In this document: in pieces, positions 1 through 8,776 of the stretch
Layout: every line of letters begins with the position of its first letter
How positions within the stretch are numbered: the stretch's first letter is position 1
Assembly (NCBI GenBank): GCA_049512975.1
Contig: JBEKWO010000005.1
Coordinates: forward strand, 22,073-86,072
DNA length: 64,000 bases
Source of the DNA: Xanthobacteraceae bacterium
Lineage (GTDB): Bacteria; Pseudomonadota; Alphaproteobacteria; Rhizobiales; Xanthobacteraceae
Direction: 5' to 3'
Program-made: the position numbers and the translations under genes
The notes under the pieces: model-generated
What the model was told of the DNA's origin: nothing
Databases searched by the model: none
The model's input: the letters and a program-made list of their open reading frames with translations, nothing else

Positions 1-1153
1 TGACGTCCTGCAGCATGGGGCGAAGGAGCCCCGCGATCGCCGCCGAGGTGAGCGCCCGGGTGTTCATCTGGGCGACGATGCCCTCATAGGAGACCTGCAC
101 CTGCTTGATGCCGGTCTCGGTGAGCTGGCCGGCAAAGGAGCCGAGTTTTTCCGCCAGCGCCACGAAGGGTTTGAGCCGCGGCGCTTCCTCGGCGCTGATT
201 GAGGGAAAGTTGACGGCGTTGGAGATGGCGCCACGAATGAGATAATCGGACATCTGCTCGGCGATCTGCAACGCGACGTTCTCCTGCGCCTCCGTGGTCG
301 AGGCGCCGAGATGCGGGGTGCAGACCACGTTGTGCAGCCCGAACAGCGGGCTGTCCGCGGCCGGCTCGGTAGCGAACACGTCGAGCGCGGCGCCGGCGAC
401 GCGCCCGGATTTAAGCGCCTCGAACAGCGCCGCCTCGTCGACCAACCCGCCGCGGGCGCAATTGATCAGGCGAACGCTCTTCTTGGTCAAAGCCAGCGAC
501 TCGGCGTTGATGATGTTGCGGGTCTTGTCGGTGAGTGGGGTATGCAGCGTGATGAAGTCGGCGCGACGCATCAGCTCATCGAGCTCGACCTTTTCGACGC
601 CGAGGTTGAGTGCGCGCTCGTCGGAGAGATACGGATCGTAGGCAATCACCTTCATCTTCATGCCGAGCGCGCGGTCGGCGACGATCGAGCCGATGTTGCC
701 GCAGCCGATGACGCCGAGCGTCTTGCCGAAGATCTCGACGCCGAGAAACTTGTTCTTTTCCCATTTGCCGGCGCGGGTCGAGGCATCGGCCTCGGGGATT
801 TGCCGCGCCAACGACAGCATCAGCGTGATCGCGTGCTCGGCTGTAGTGATCGAATTGCCGAACGGCGTATTCATCACGATGATGCCGCGCGCCGTGGCCG
901 CCGGGATGTCGACGTTATCGACGCCGATGCCGGCGCGGCCGATCACTTTCAGACTTTTCGCCTGTTCCAGAATTTTTGCGGTGACCTTGGTGGCGGAGCG
1001 GATCGCCAGCCCGTCAAAGCCGTCGATGGTCGCGGCGAGCTTGTCTTTGTCCTTGCCGAGACCGGGCTGGAAGTCGACCTCGATGCCGCGCTCCTTGAAG
1101 ATCGCCACGGCGGCGGGTGACAGCGCATCGGAGATGAGCACTTTGGGAGACAT
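1..1153 (-). CDS. serA: D-3-phosphoglycerate dehydrogenase, N-terminal part (3' end lies beyond the window start)
   Basis: Absent from the ORF track because it runs off the edge. Hand translation of the minus strand from the ATG at 1153-1151 gives MSPKVLISDALSPAAVAIFKERGIEVDF. A Rossmann GxGxxG motif (GVIGCGNIGS) is encoded around 690-720. It lies directly upstream of serC. Confidence 0.88.
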   Translation of the reverse strand, partial: MSPKVLISDALSPAAVAIFKERGIEVDFQPGLGKDKDKLAATIDGFDGLAIRSATKVTAKILEQAKSLKVIGRAGIGVDNVDIPAATARGIIVMNTPFGNSITTAEHAITLMLSLARQIPEADASTRAGKWEKNKFLGVEIFGKTLGVIGCGNIGSIVADRALGMKMKVIAYDPYLSDERALNLGVEKVELDELMRRADFITLHTPLTDKTRNIINAESLALTKKSVRLINCARGGLVDEAALFEALKSGRVAGAALDVFATEPAADSPLFGLHNVVCTPHLGASTTEAQENVALQIAEQMSDYLIRGAISNAVNFPSISAEEAPRLKPFVALAEKLGSFAGQLTETGIKQVQVSYEGIVAQMNTRALTSAAIAGLLRPMLQDV

Positions 1154-1227
1154 GGTGTGGATCCAGAAACGTTGGTGTTAAGGGAGCTAGCTCAAAACCC
1201 GCTCTTGCAAGGGAGAGGGAAACTTGG

Positions 1228-2400
1228 TTACGCCGCTTGCGCCAGCGCATCCTTGGCCTGGGCATAGGCCCAGTCGAGCCAGTATGTGAGCGCCTCGATG
1301 TCGGCGCGCTCGACGGTCGAACCGCACCAGATGCGCAGCCCCGGCGGCGCATCGCGGTAGGCGGCGATGTCGTAGGCGATGCCTTCCTTCTCCAACGCCG
1401 CGGCGATGCCCTTGACGAATGCCGCCTGGGCCTCGGCCGCAAGGCCGGCGACGGCCGGATCGACGACCTTCAGGCAGACGGAGGTGTTGGAGCGCGCCGC
1501 CGGCTCGCGGGCGAGAAAATCGATCCACGCCGAGCGCGCGACCCAATCGGCGACGACCTGGGCATTGCCGTCGGCGCGGGCGCGCAGTGCCGATAATCCG
1601 CCGATCGATTTCGCCCATTCGAGCGCATCGATGTAATCCTCCACGCACAGCATCGACGGCGTGTTGATGGTCTCGCCCTGGAAGATGCCTTCGATCAGCT
1701 TGCCGCCTTTGGTCATGCGGAAGATTTTCGGCAGCGGCCATGGCGGCGTATAGCTCTCGAGCCGTGCCACCGCGCGCGGGGAGAGGATGAGCATGCCGTG
1801 CGCGGCCTCGCCGCCCAGCGCCTTCTGCCAGGAGAAGGTGACGACATCGAGCTTGCCCCAATCGAGCGGCTGCGCGAAGGCGGCCGAGGTCGCGTCGCAG
1901 ATCGCCAGTCCGGCCCGGTCGGCGGCGATCCAATCGGCGTTGGCGACCCGTACCCCCGACGTCGTGCCGTTCCAGGTGAAGACGATGTCGCTTGCCGGAT
2001 CGACCTTGGAAAAGTCGGGCAATTCGCCGTAGCCGGCCTTCAGCACGGTCGCATCTTTGAGCTTGAGCTGTTTGACGACGTCGGTCACCCAGCCTTCGCC
2101 AAAGGATTCCCAGGCCAGCACGGTCACCGGGCGCGGGCCCAGCAGCGACCAAAGCGCCATTTCGACGGCGCCGGTATCGGAAGCCGGCACGATGCCGATA
2201 CGATAATCGGCGGGGACCTGCAGAACCTCACGGGTGAGATCGATGGCGCGCTTGAGCCGCGCCTTGCCGATTTTCGAGCGATGCGAGCGGCCAAGGACGG
2301 CGCCGCTGAGGGCTTGTGGGGTCCATCCGGGGCGCTTGGCGCAGGGGCCGGATGAAAAATGCGGCACGGTCGGCCGCACGGCGGGCTTCGCTATGGTCAT
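1228..2400 (-). CDS. serC: phosphoserine aminotransferase
   Basis: 390-aa ORF ([26 protein letters not shown]...). It has alphaproteobacterial SerC-type sequence and length, and is adjacent to serA. Confidence 0.9.
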   Translation of the reverse strand: MTIAKPAVRPTVPHFSSGPCAKRPGWTPQALSGAVLGRSHRSKIGKARLKRAIDLTREVLQVPADYRIGIVPASDTGAVEMALWSLLGPRPVTVLAWESFGEGWVTDVVKQLKLKDATVLKAGYGELPDFSKVDPASDIVFTWNGTTSGVRVANADWIAADRAGLAICDATSAAFAQPLDWGKLDVVTFSWQKALGGEAAHGMLILSPRAVARLESYTPPWPLPKIFRMTKGGKLIEGIFQGETINTPSMLCVEDYIDALEWAKSIGGLSALRARADGNAQVVADWVARSAWIDFLAREPAARSNTSVCLKVVDPAVAGLAAEAQAAFVKGIAAALEKEGIAYDIAAYRDAPPGLRIWCGSTVERADIEALTYWLDWAYAQAKDALAQAA

Positions 2401-2614
2401 GATCTATCCTTCCAGATAGGCGCCCCTCGGTGGGGAGGGGTGTCCCGCGGTCGGACATACGGAAGTGGCGGGGGGACGTCAAGTCGGATAGCGGGCGTCG
2501 GACGACGATGGCGGATGACAGACGGCGGACGAAATAAAGACTATCCGGCAGATCGGCTGACCTGAGCCCCGAGAACTCCTCCAAAAATGGGTAGAGTCCA
2601 TCACCTGGAAGGGG

Positions 2615-2887
2615 ATGGACATGAAGCCTAGCCGGTTCACGGAAGAACAGATCATCGGGATTTTGCGGGAGCAGGAGGCCGGAGCGAAGACGGCTGACGT
2701 GTGTCGCAAGCACGGGATCAGCAGCGCGACGTTTTACAAGTGGAAGGCCAAGTATGGCGGCCTCGATGTCTCGGACGCCAAGCGCCTGAAGGCGCTGGAA
2801 GACGAGAACGTCAAGCTGAAGAAGCTTTTGGCCGAGGCGATGCTCGACAACGCGATGTTGAAGGATATCGCCGCAAAAAAATGGTGA
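2615..2887 (+). CDS. IS3-family transposase OrfA (HTH domain)
   Basis: 90 aa: [50 protein letters not shown], followed by a leucine-zipper-like [13 protein letters not shown]. This is a typical IS407-group OrfA. Confidence 0.9.
   Translation: MDMKPSRFTEEQIIGILREQEAGAKTADVCRKHGISSATFYKWKAKYGGLDVSDAKRLKALEDENVKLKKLLAEAMLDNAMLKDIAAKKW
2875..2881 (+). other. programmed -1 ribosomal frameshift heptamer A AAA AAA (orfA to orfB)
   Basis: The orfA frame reads gcA AAA AAA tgg tga. A -1 slip continues into ATG GTG ACG (MVTPAARRE...), which is the orfB frame. Confidence 0.8.
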
Positions 2888-3816
2888 CGCCCGCCGCCAG
2901 GCGAGAGGCCGTCGCTCAGCTTCGGGTCGCGTATGAGGTCAGCGAACGGCGGGCGTGTTCGACACTCGGAGCGGATCGCACCTCGGTGCGCTATCGCAGC
3001 AGCCGGCCTGACGACGGGGCGGCGCGGGCTCGGCTACGTGAGCTGGCCGGCGTTCGCCGGCGGTTCGGCTATCGGCGGCTCCACATCCTGCTCACGCGCG
3101 AAGGTATCATCATGAACCACAAGAAGCTCCGCCGGCTCTACCGCGAGGAGCAGCTGCAGGTTCGTAGACGCGGCGGCCGCAAGCGTGCGCTGGGCACAAG
3201 AGCGCCGATGGCGATCCCACAGGGTGCCAATCAGCGCTGGAGCTTGGACTTCCTGTCGGATGCATTCGCCGATGGCCGGCGGTTCCGCATCCTGGCAATC
3301 GTTGACGACTTCACGCGGGAATGCCTGGCGCTGGTGCCCGACACCTCGCTGCCGGGGATGCGCGTCGTGCGTGAGCTTGATACCCTCATTGCGGCTCGCG
3401 GCCGTCCCGCGATGTGCGTCTCTGACAACGGTACTGAGCTCACCGGCATGGCGATCCTGCGCTGGGCTCAGGAGACCCGGGTCGAATGGCATTACATCGC
3501 GCCGGGCAAGCCGCAGCAAAATGCCTTCATCGAGAGCTTCAACGGACGACTGCGGGACGAGCTGTTGAACGAGACGCTCTTCACTTCGCTCAACCACGTC
3601 CGCGAAGCGCTGGCAATCTGGATAGAGGATTACAACACCGTCCGGCCGCACAGCTCGCTCGGCAATCTGCCGCCAGCCGACTATGCCAAACTCAGCGCTC
3701 CCGAAATGCAACGGGACGGGGCGCTGCGCTACATCGAGGGCTTCGCGCCCCGCCCCGTTGCATTGCCGAGCCATCAAGGCTCAAATGGAGCTAGGACTCT
3801 ACCCATCGGCGGATGA
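2881..3816 (+). CDS. IS3-family transposase OrfB (integrase-core/rve domain), expressed as an OrfAB fusion by -1 frameshift
   Basis: [16 protein letters not shown]...QRWSLDFLSD...IVDDFTRECL...SDNGTELTG...HYIAPGKPQQNAFIESFNGRLRDE...YNTVRPHSSLG. This is a DDE/rve signature. Confidence 0.9.
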   Translation: MVTPAARREAVAQLRVAYEVSERRACSTLGADRTSVRYRSSRPDDGAARARLRELAGVRRRFGYRRLHILLTREGIIMNHKKLRRLYREEQLQVRRRGGRKRALGTRAPMAIPQGANQRWSLDFLSDAFADGRRFRILAIVDDFTRECLALVPDTSLPGMRVVRELDTLIAARGRPAMCVSDNGTELTGMAILRWAQETRVEWHYIAPGKPQQNAFIESFNGRLRDELLNETLFTSLNHVREALAIWIEDYNTVRPHSSLGNLPPADYAKLSAPEMQRDGALRYIEGFAPRPVALPSHQGSNGARTLPIGG

Positions 3817-3878
3817 AACTCGGGGCTCAGGTCACGTCTTCGATCCGTCCTCCGTCGTTCGTTGTCTATCGCCTGTTT

Positions 3879-4730
3879 TTAGAACTTGAAGCCGGCGCCG
3901 ACGCGGGCACTGACAATGGAAGCCACTATGTTCGCTATCGGTGCAAATTGGACGTATTCAAGCTCGCCGCGCAGGAAAATATTTTGCGTGAGCGCCCAGT
4001 CGAGACCGCCGCCGATGGACAAGCCATACAGCAGCGCGCCATTTTGCCCAGCACTGTTGCTGTAGTCGTAGTCAACGCAGGTCGGGCCTACCGTGCACGG
4101 AAAAGTAGCGGGCGTCGCTGAATTTCCTTGGCCATACACCTGCGAGGTGACGCTGTAATTTCCTCGCCCGAGCGCCAAGCCAGCGAAGCCGTACGGCAGG
4201 AAGTTGCCGAGGGCCCATCCCGCGCGGGCGCGGAGCGACGCATAATCGGTGATCTCCAACTGACCCGTGCCGGTCAGGTTGACACTGTACTGGGTGCTCC
4301 CAGCGGATACGATACGACCAGCCTGACCGACCATCGGCGCAGAGCTGGCGGTGGTTGCGAAGGCGGTGTGCGTATAATTGCCCTCGAGACCGAGGACGAG
4401 GTCCTGCCATTGCGTATTGTACCCGACAAACGCACCATAGCCGACAGCGTCACTGCCCCCGCGGCCAAGCACCGGCCAAGTCGATATCGAATTTTCACTC
4501 TCGAGCGTCGATTCGCGTAAACTGTAGTGTACGAGCGGCTGCGTTGCCCCCGAAAAGTCCGCGTTGGCGTCGCCGAAGCCGATGTGGCCGCCGAAGTAGA
4601 AGCCGCTCCAGCGGGTGAAGGTCGCGGGCCCGACCGGTTGCGAGCCGCGCAATATGTCGAGGTCAAGGTCGGCTGCGAACGCCGGCGACGCCAGCGCCAG
4701 CACAGTTAGAGCACAGATCACCCGACGCAT
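3879..4730 (-). CDS. outer-membrane beta-barrel protein (Omp25/Omp31/OmpA-like beta-barrel family)
   Basis: Signal peptide MRRVICALTVLALASPAFA. Gly/Tyr-rich alternating strands, and the C-terminus ends in ...VGAGFKF. The start is set at the second Met (4730), which follows the AGG-containing stretch aaggatgagagg. The ORF track start is 4763. Confidence 0.8.
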   Translation of the reverse strand: MRRVICALTVLALASPAFAADLDLDILRGSQPVGPATFTRWSGFYFGGHIGFGDANADFSGATQPLVHYSLRESTLESENSISTWPVLGRGGSDAVGYGAFVGYNTQWQDLVLGLEGNYTHTAFATTASSAPMVGQAGRIVSAGSTQYSVNLTGTGQLEITDYASLRARAGWALGNFLPYGFAGLALGRGNYSVTSQVYGQGNSATPATFPCTVGPTCVDYDYSNSAGQNGALLYGLSIGGGLDWALTQNIFLRGELEYVQFAPIANIVASIVSARVGAGFKF

Positions 4731-4891
4731 CGCCCGCCTCTCATCCTTTTGGCGCGTATTCAAGCGGCACGATCATCGAGCATTAACCTTAATGGAGCGT
4801 TAGCTCGGGGCGCGCGCCGCCAAACGAAAACGGCGCGGTTGCCCGCGCCGTTCGTCGTCCGTCAGGATTTGCAGCGTGCAGCAGGAACGGC

Positions 4892-5695
4892 TCAGCCGCG
4901 GCTCATCAGCGGCATCACCGGCATTGGTTCCGGTTGCAGCAGGAAGCGCACGCCCAGCATGATGTCCTGCGAGGACAGGTTGCCGAACTTGTAGGAGTCC
5001 GGATTGCAGCCGCCGGCGCAGTCGATGGTATCGGTGACCGAGCCGTAATTGAGGTAACGGTAGGTGAGGTCGACCTTGAAACTCTGCGTCACGTTGTAGG
5101 TGAGGCCGGCATAGAGCGCCCAAGCGGGGCTCCATGAGGCGCTGTTGCGGCCGATGCCGCTGCCGGCAGTGGGAATTCCAATATCGGTCAAGCCGGCCAT
5201 AGTATTGTAGGCGCCGCCGATGCCGGCGCCGACAAACGGCGTGATGCACCACCAAGTGCCGAGATCGACATAGCCGTTGGCCAGCACGACCCAGGAGTTC
5301 AAGTTGCCTTGATAGGAATCGATGGCCGTGCCGCCGCTGCTATTCGTATAGGTGCCGAAGGCATTGACCGCCGTTTTGGCGCGATATTCCCCGGTCACGT
5401 CGAAGCGGAGCCAGTTGTTCAGCTCATAGCCGACGCCGACATTGAAGAACATGGTATCGGCCATCGAGGAGTGCTGGAAGGCGAAGTTATTGGGTGCGTT
5501 GAGCGGATTCGGCAGATATTCGAGACTGAAGTTGTCGGTCATGCCGATGCCGATGTCGCCCCGCAAATACCAGCCGCTCGCGACTGGCTGGTAGGGAATC
5601 TGAGGCGGAGGAGGAAGCGCCATATCGGCGGCGCACGCCGCAGTGCTGATAAAGGCTGCCGCTCCGGCGGCAATGAAGGATTTTACGCTGACCAT
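4892..5695 (-). CDS. outer-membrane beta-barrel protein (Omp25/Omp31-like), tandem paralogue
   Basis: MVSVKSFIAAGAAAFISTAACAADMA signal peptide, WYLRGDIGIG strand motif, and beta-barrel composition. The start is chosen at the internal Met (5695). Confidence 0.78.
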   Translation of the reverse strand: MVSVKSFIAAGAAAFISTAACAADMALPPPPQIPYQPVASGWYLRGDIGIGMTDNFSLEYLPNPLNAPNNFAFQHSSMADTMFFNVGVGYELNNWLRFDVTGEYRAKTAVNAFGTYTNSSGGTAIDSYQGNLNSWVVLANGYVDLGTWWCITPFVGAGIGGAYNTMAGLTDIGIPTAGSGIGRNSASWSPAWALYAGLTYNVTQSFKVDLTYRYLNYGSVTDTIDCAGGCNPDSYKFGNLSSQDIMLGVRFLLQPEPMPVMPLMSRG

Positions 5696-5871
5696 TGGCT
5701 TCGTCCTTTCCTCAGCGCGGCCGCACAGGGGGCAACGCGTCGTTGAGGAAGCCAAAATGTCAGGAAATCCTTAAATGGGTCTTAACCTTAACGCTTAACC
5801 GTAATCGTTCAGCTTTTCCCTCGGGTTATACCAAATCCGGCTCAGCCGGCGGCGGGTCTGTCTCGCCGCGC

Positions 5872-6360
5872 TCAGTCGGCGTCGTCGTCGAGCTTGCCGA
5901 TGTGGTGTTGGGCGTAGAGCTCGAGGCCGAGCTTGGCGACCAGGTCGAGCTGCGTTTCGAGGAAATCGATGTGCTCTTCCTCGTCGTGCATCAGCTTCTC
6001 GAACAAGTCGCGCGACACGTAATCCTTGACGGCATGGCAATGGGTCGCGGCTTCTTCGTACAGCGCGCGGGCCGACAGTTCCGCGCGAAGGTCGCAATCG
6101 AGCACCTCCTTCACGGTCTGGCCGATGTGTAGCGGGTCGAGCACCTGCATATTCGGGAAGCCGTCGAGGAAGATGACGCGCTCGACCAGCTTGTCGGCGT
6201 GCTGCATCTCCTCGATCGATTCTTTGCGCCATTGCTTGGCGAGCGACTTGTAGCCCCAGTTGTCGAGCAAACGATAGTGCAGCCAGTACTGGTTGACCGC
6301 CGTCAGTTCGTGCCGGAGGGCCTTGTTCAGGTAGTCGAGGACTCCGGGCTCGCCTCTCAT
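5872..6360 (-). CDS. bfr: bacterioferritin
   Basis: [37 protein letters not shown]...[18 protein letters not shown]...[12 protein letters not shown]. These are the canonical Bfr ferroxidase-centre motifs. Start is at the ATG at 6360. Confidence 0.93.
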   Translation of the reverse strand: MRGEPGVLDYLNKALRHELTAVNQYWLHYRLLDNWGYKSLAKQWRKESIEEMQHADKLVERVIFLDGFPNMQVLDPLHIGQTVKEVLDCDLRAELSARALYEEAATHCHAVKDYVSRDLFEKLMHDEEEHIDFLETQLDLVAKLGLELYAQHHIGKLDDDAD

Positions 6361-6490
6361 GATCGTGCTCCTGCAACGCAATGTCGACGCCGCACGGAAT
6401 CGTGCGCCTGCCAATTATAGCCCTTAGCACGAACGCGGAAAGCCGCCGCGGCGGTTGCGCAACCCCGATTGCCGGACGCTAGAGCTGAGG

Positions 6491-6700
6491 TCAGGAACGG
6501 CCGCCGGCCTGGCAACAGGTCTCGGCGCAGCCGAGTGCTTCGTCCATGATGCGGCGGATGGTCCGGGCGCATCGCCCGCATTGGGCGCTGCAGCCGAGGC
6601 AGCCATAGACTTGGCCGGCGGTACGCGGGGCAGCCGGGTCGCCGGACAGGATCGACCGGACGTCGTGGTCGGTGAATACGTTGCAGGAGCAGACGATCAT
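6491..6700 (-). CDS. bfd: bacterioferritin-associated ferredoxin, BFD-like [2Fe-2S]
   Basis: 69 aa: MIVCSCNVFTDHDV...CLGCSAQCGRCARTI. It has the CxC...CxxC cluster motif and lies immediately upstream of bfr. Confidence 0.88.
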   Translation of the reverse strand: MIVCSCNVFTDHDVRSILSGDPAAPRTAGQVYGCLGCSAQCGRCARTIRRIMDEALGCAETCCQAGGRS

Positions 6701-6942
6701 CGGAGAGCGGCCCGGCGTTGCGTTGGTATCACTTGAAACTATGCCTATCTAGAGCCGACGAGAATTGATTTCAATCAAAAAGGGCCGTGTTTTTAGCTTT
6801 TCTAAGCTGATTGCGTTCCAACACTCTCACCGGCCCTATCGTCCCTTAGCGCGCCCTTTATAGCGCGCGACGGCTATCAAATTCCTGCCGGCCGCCGGCA
6901 TTTCGACCGATGGTCAAGAATGGGTAAGGACCGGTGCGCGGA

Positions 6943-7017
6943 CTAGTGTCCCGATTCCGAAGTTCGCATCATCATGCGGCACCCTTGTTTGCGAACTTCG
7001 GAATCGAAGAACACTAG
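6943..7017. repeat. 75-bp palindromic intergenic element (REP/MITE-like), copy 1
   Basis: CTAGTGT ccc GATTCCGAAGTTCGCA [loop] TGCGAACTTCGGAATC gaaga ACACTAG. It has perfect 16-bp inner arms and 7-bp outer arms. Confidence 0.8.
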
Positions 7018-7029
7018 CAACGTATTGAT

Positions 7030-7107
7030 CTAGTGTGGCTTTGGTTCAGAAGTCCGCATGACAAGTTCGCGGCAAAAATGATGCGGACTTCTGAACCGCC
7101 ACACTAG
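7030..7107. repeat. 78-bp palindromic intergenic element (REP/MITE-like), copy 2
   Basis: CTAGTGTGG cttt GGTTCAGAAGTCCGCAT [loop] ATGCGGACTTCTGAACC g CCACACTAG. It has perfect 17-bp inner arms and 9-bp outer arms, and overlaps the stop codon of the TetR gene. Confidence 0.8.
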
Positions 7108-7829
7108 GCCGCGGCGGCTTCCTCGGAATCCTCGTCGCGGTGCCGCCGGGGGCGCAGCCGGCAGATGCGCGAGGGGATGTAGCAGAGATCGTCGAGAAAG
7201 CCGGCAAAGCGCTGACCGCGCGCCAGCGCGCGATCGAGCGCGGCCATGGTGCGCGCGTGCCCCGGATCTTCGTCGTGGGTCCAAGTGCGCAGCACCGAAG
7301 CAAACAGCATGGCAAGGCCTTGCGCGCGCAGGATACCGCGCGGGCCGGACGCGTTGATTCCGGCGGCGGTCAGCATCCATTGCTGCGAGCGCACGCCGAG
7401 CGCGTTGAGCGCGACGGCGAGCGGCGGATTGCGGCGAGCCGACCGCAACAGCGAGCGCACCGCTTCGCGATGCGGCGCCAGCGCTTCCAGCCGCCGCATC
7501 AACACGTCGAACAGCCGTTCGCGCGGGGATTCCTCGGCCATGTCGCTCAAATCCTCGGCAAGCACGGCGCGGTCGGTCGCTTTGATGTGGGCGGCGAGCA
7601 TCGCCAGCGTCGAGGCAAACTCGCCGCGCAATTGGGTCAGCGACACGCCGGCCCGGCCGGCGATATCGGCAAAGCCGATCTCCTCGAAAGGTTTCTCCGC
7701 CAGGAGCGCCAGAAAGGCGGCGACGATCTTATCGCGCTCGCTGACCGGGGCCGCCGGGCGTGCCGGCCTGCGGCTGGAGGAGGATCGGGCGGATTTGGCG
7801 GCGGATTTACGGGCGGGTCTGCGGGCCAT
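7104..7829 (-). CDS. TetR/AcrR family transcriptional regulator
   Basis: 241 aa with a basic N-terminal tail. The HTH region is IVAAFLALLAEKPFEEIGFADIAGRAGVSLTQLRGEF. Confidence 0.75.
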   Translation of the reverse strand: MARRPARKSAAKSARSSSSRRPARPAAPVSERDKIVAAFLALLAEKPFEEIGFADIAGRAGVSLTQLRGEFASTLAMLAAHIKATDRAVLAEDLSDMAEESPRERLFDVLMRRLEALAPHREAVRSLLRSARRNPPLAVALNALGVRSQQWMLTAAGINASGPRGILRAQGLAMLFASVLRTWTHDEDPGHARTMAALDRALARGQRFAGFLDDLCYIPSRICRLRPRRHRDEDSEEAAAA

Positions 7830-7914
7830 GACCGAACTCCTGGACGGGGACTTGAACGCGGGACTGATAAATCAATGTAGGCGCCCGCGCCCCCGGTTCC
7901 AAGGCGGCATGCTG

Positions 7915-8766
7915 TCAGTCGGCCAGCTCCCGCGAACGTCGCGTCGCGGCCGCGACCGCCTTATTCATCAGTGGCGCCAAGCCGTCCTTGCCCATCAGCA
8001 CGTTCAGCGCCGCGGCGGTGGTGCCGCCCGGCGAGGCGACATTCTCGCGCAGCGCGCTGGCGTCGAGCGCGGAGCGGTGGAGCAATTCGCCCGCGCCGGC
8101 GACGGTTTCGCGGGCGAGCTTTGCCGCCAGCGGCGGCGGCAAGCCGGCCGCGGCGCCGGCTTGCGCCAGCGCTTCGGCGAGCAAAAAGACGTAGGCCGGT
8201 CCCGAGCCGGACACGGCCGTCACCGCATCCATCAGCGCCTCGTCCTCGATCCATTCGACCGTCCCGGTCGCCGACAGCAGGAGGTGCGCGAGTTCGCGCT
8301 GCGCGGTGTTCGCATGCAGCGGCACGGCGACGGTGATGCCGCGCCCGATCGCGGCCGGCATGTTCGGCATGGCGCGCACCAAGGCGCTCGCGCTCTCGAG
8401 CGTGCGGGACAGGAATTGCAGCGTCCGCCCGGCCATGATCGAAATCACGATCGTCGACGCAGCGATCATCGGCGCCAGCGCCGGCATCACCTGCTCGGCG
8501 ATTTGCGGCTTCACCGCAATGACGATGGCGGCAGCGCCGGTCAGTGCGCCGGCGCGGGGATTGAGCCGCACGCCGCGCTCGGCCAGCGCCCTGATTTGCG
8601 GCGACGGCGAGGGTTCGATGACCGCGACATTCGTCGGCTTCAGGCCGAACCGCAGCCAGCCGTCGAGCAGCCCGCTGCCCATCTTGCCGGCGCCGACCAG
8701 CACGAGCAGACCGGAAAAGTCGCGCAAATCTGAAACGCCGGCGATTGCAGGATCTGAAGCGCTCAT
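7915..8766 (-). CDS. proC: pyrroline-5-carboxylate reductase
   Basis: Start is at the internal ATG at 8766. LVLVGAGKMGSGLLDGW is a Rossmann motif. The C-terminal ASPGGTTAAAL motif is typical of ProC. Confidence 0.88.
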   Translation of the reverse strand: MSASDPAIAGVSDLRDFSGLLVLVGAGKMGSGLLDGWLRFGLKPTNVAVIEPSPSPQIRALAERGVRLNPRAGALTGAAAIVIAVKPQIAEQVMPALAPMIAASTIVISIMAGRTLQFLSRTLESASALVRAMPNMPAAIGRGITVAVPLHANTAQRELAHLLLSATGTVEWIEDEALMDAVTAVSGSGPAYVFLLAEALAQAGAAAGLPPPLAAKLARETVAGAGELLHRSALDASALRENVASPGGTTAAALNVLMGKDGLAPLMNKAVAAATRRSRELAD

Positions 8767-8776
8767 CGGCGTCTTG

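Larger units (their letters stand above)
2558..3834 (+). mobile_element. IS3 family, IS407-group insertion sequence (about 1277 bp), apparently intact
   Basis: Terminal inverted repeats: left TGACCTGAGCCCCGAG...ATGGGTAGAGTCC from 2558, matched by the reverse complement of the right end at 3834. The first 16 nt are identical, and a second 13-nt block is shared. It carries orfA and orfB in the -1 frame, and an rve/DDE-type transposase. Confidence 0.9.

Noticed and set aside
2228-2713. 161-aa minus-strand ORF spanning the serC 5' end, the intergenic region and the IS left end
   Set aside because: It crosses the IS inverted repeat and overlaps both serC and orfA, so it cannot be a native gene.
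2554-3838. 4-bp target-site duplication for the IS
   Set aside because: The flanks are cggc and cgtc, which are not identical, so no duplication is claimed.
6792-6806. Possible Irr ICE motif (TTTAGAA-N3-TTCTAAA)
   Set aside because: The half-sites TTTAGC and TCTAAG are present, but the spacing and the outer positions do not fit the consensus as I recall it. It is kept only as a weak candidate in a finding and is not called as a feature.
7246-8733. 495-aa plus-strand ORF
   Set aside because: It is antisense to the TetR-family gene and proC. It has no motifs and shadow-ORF composition.
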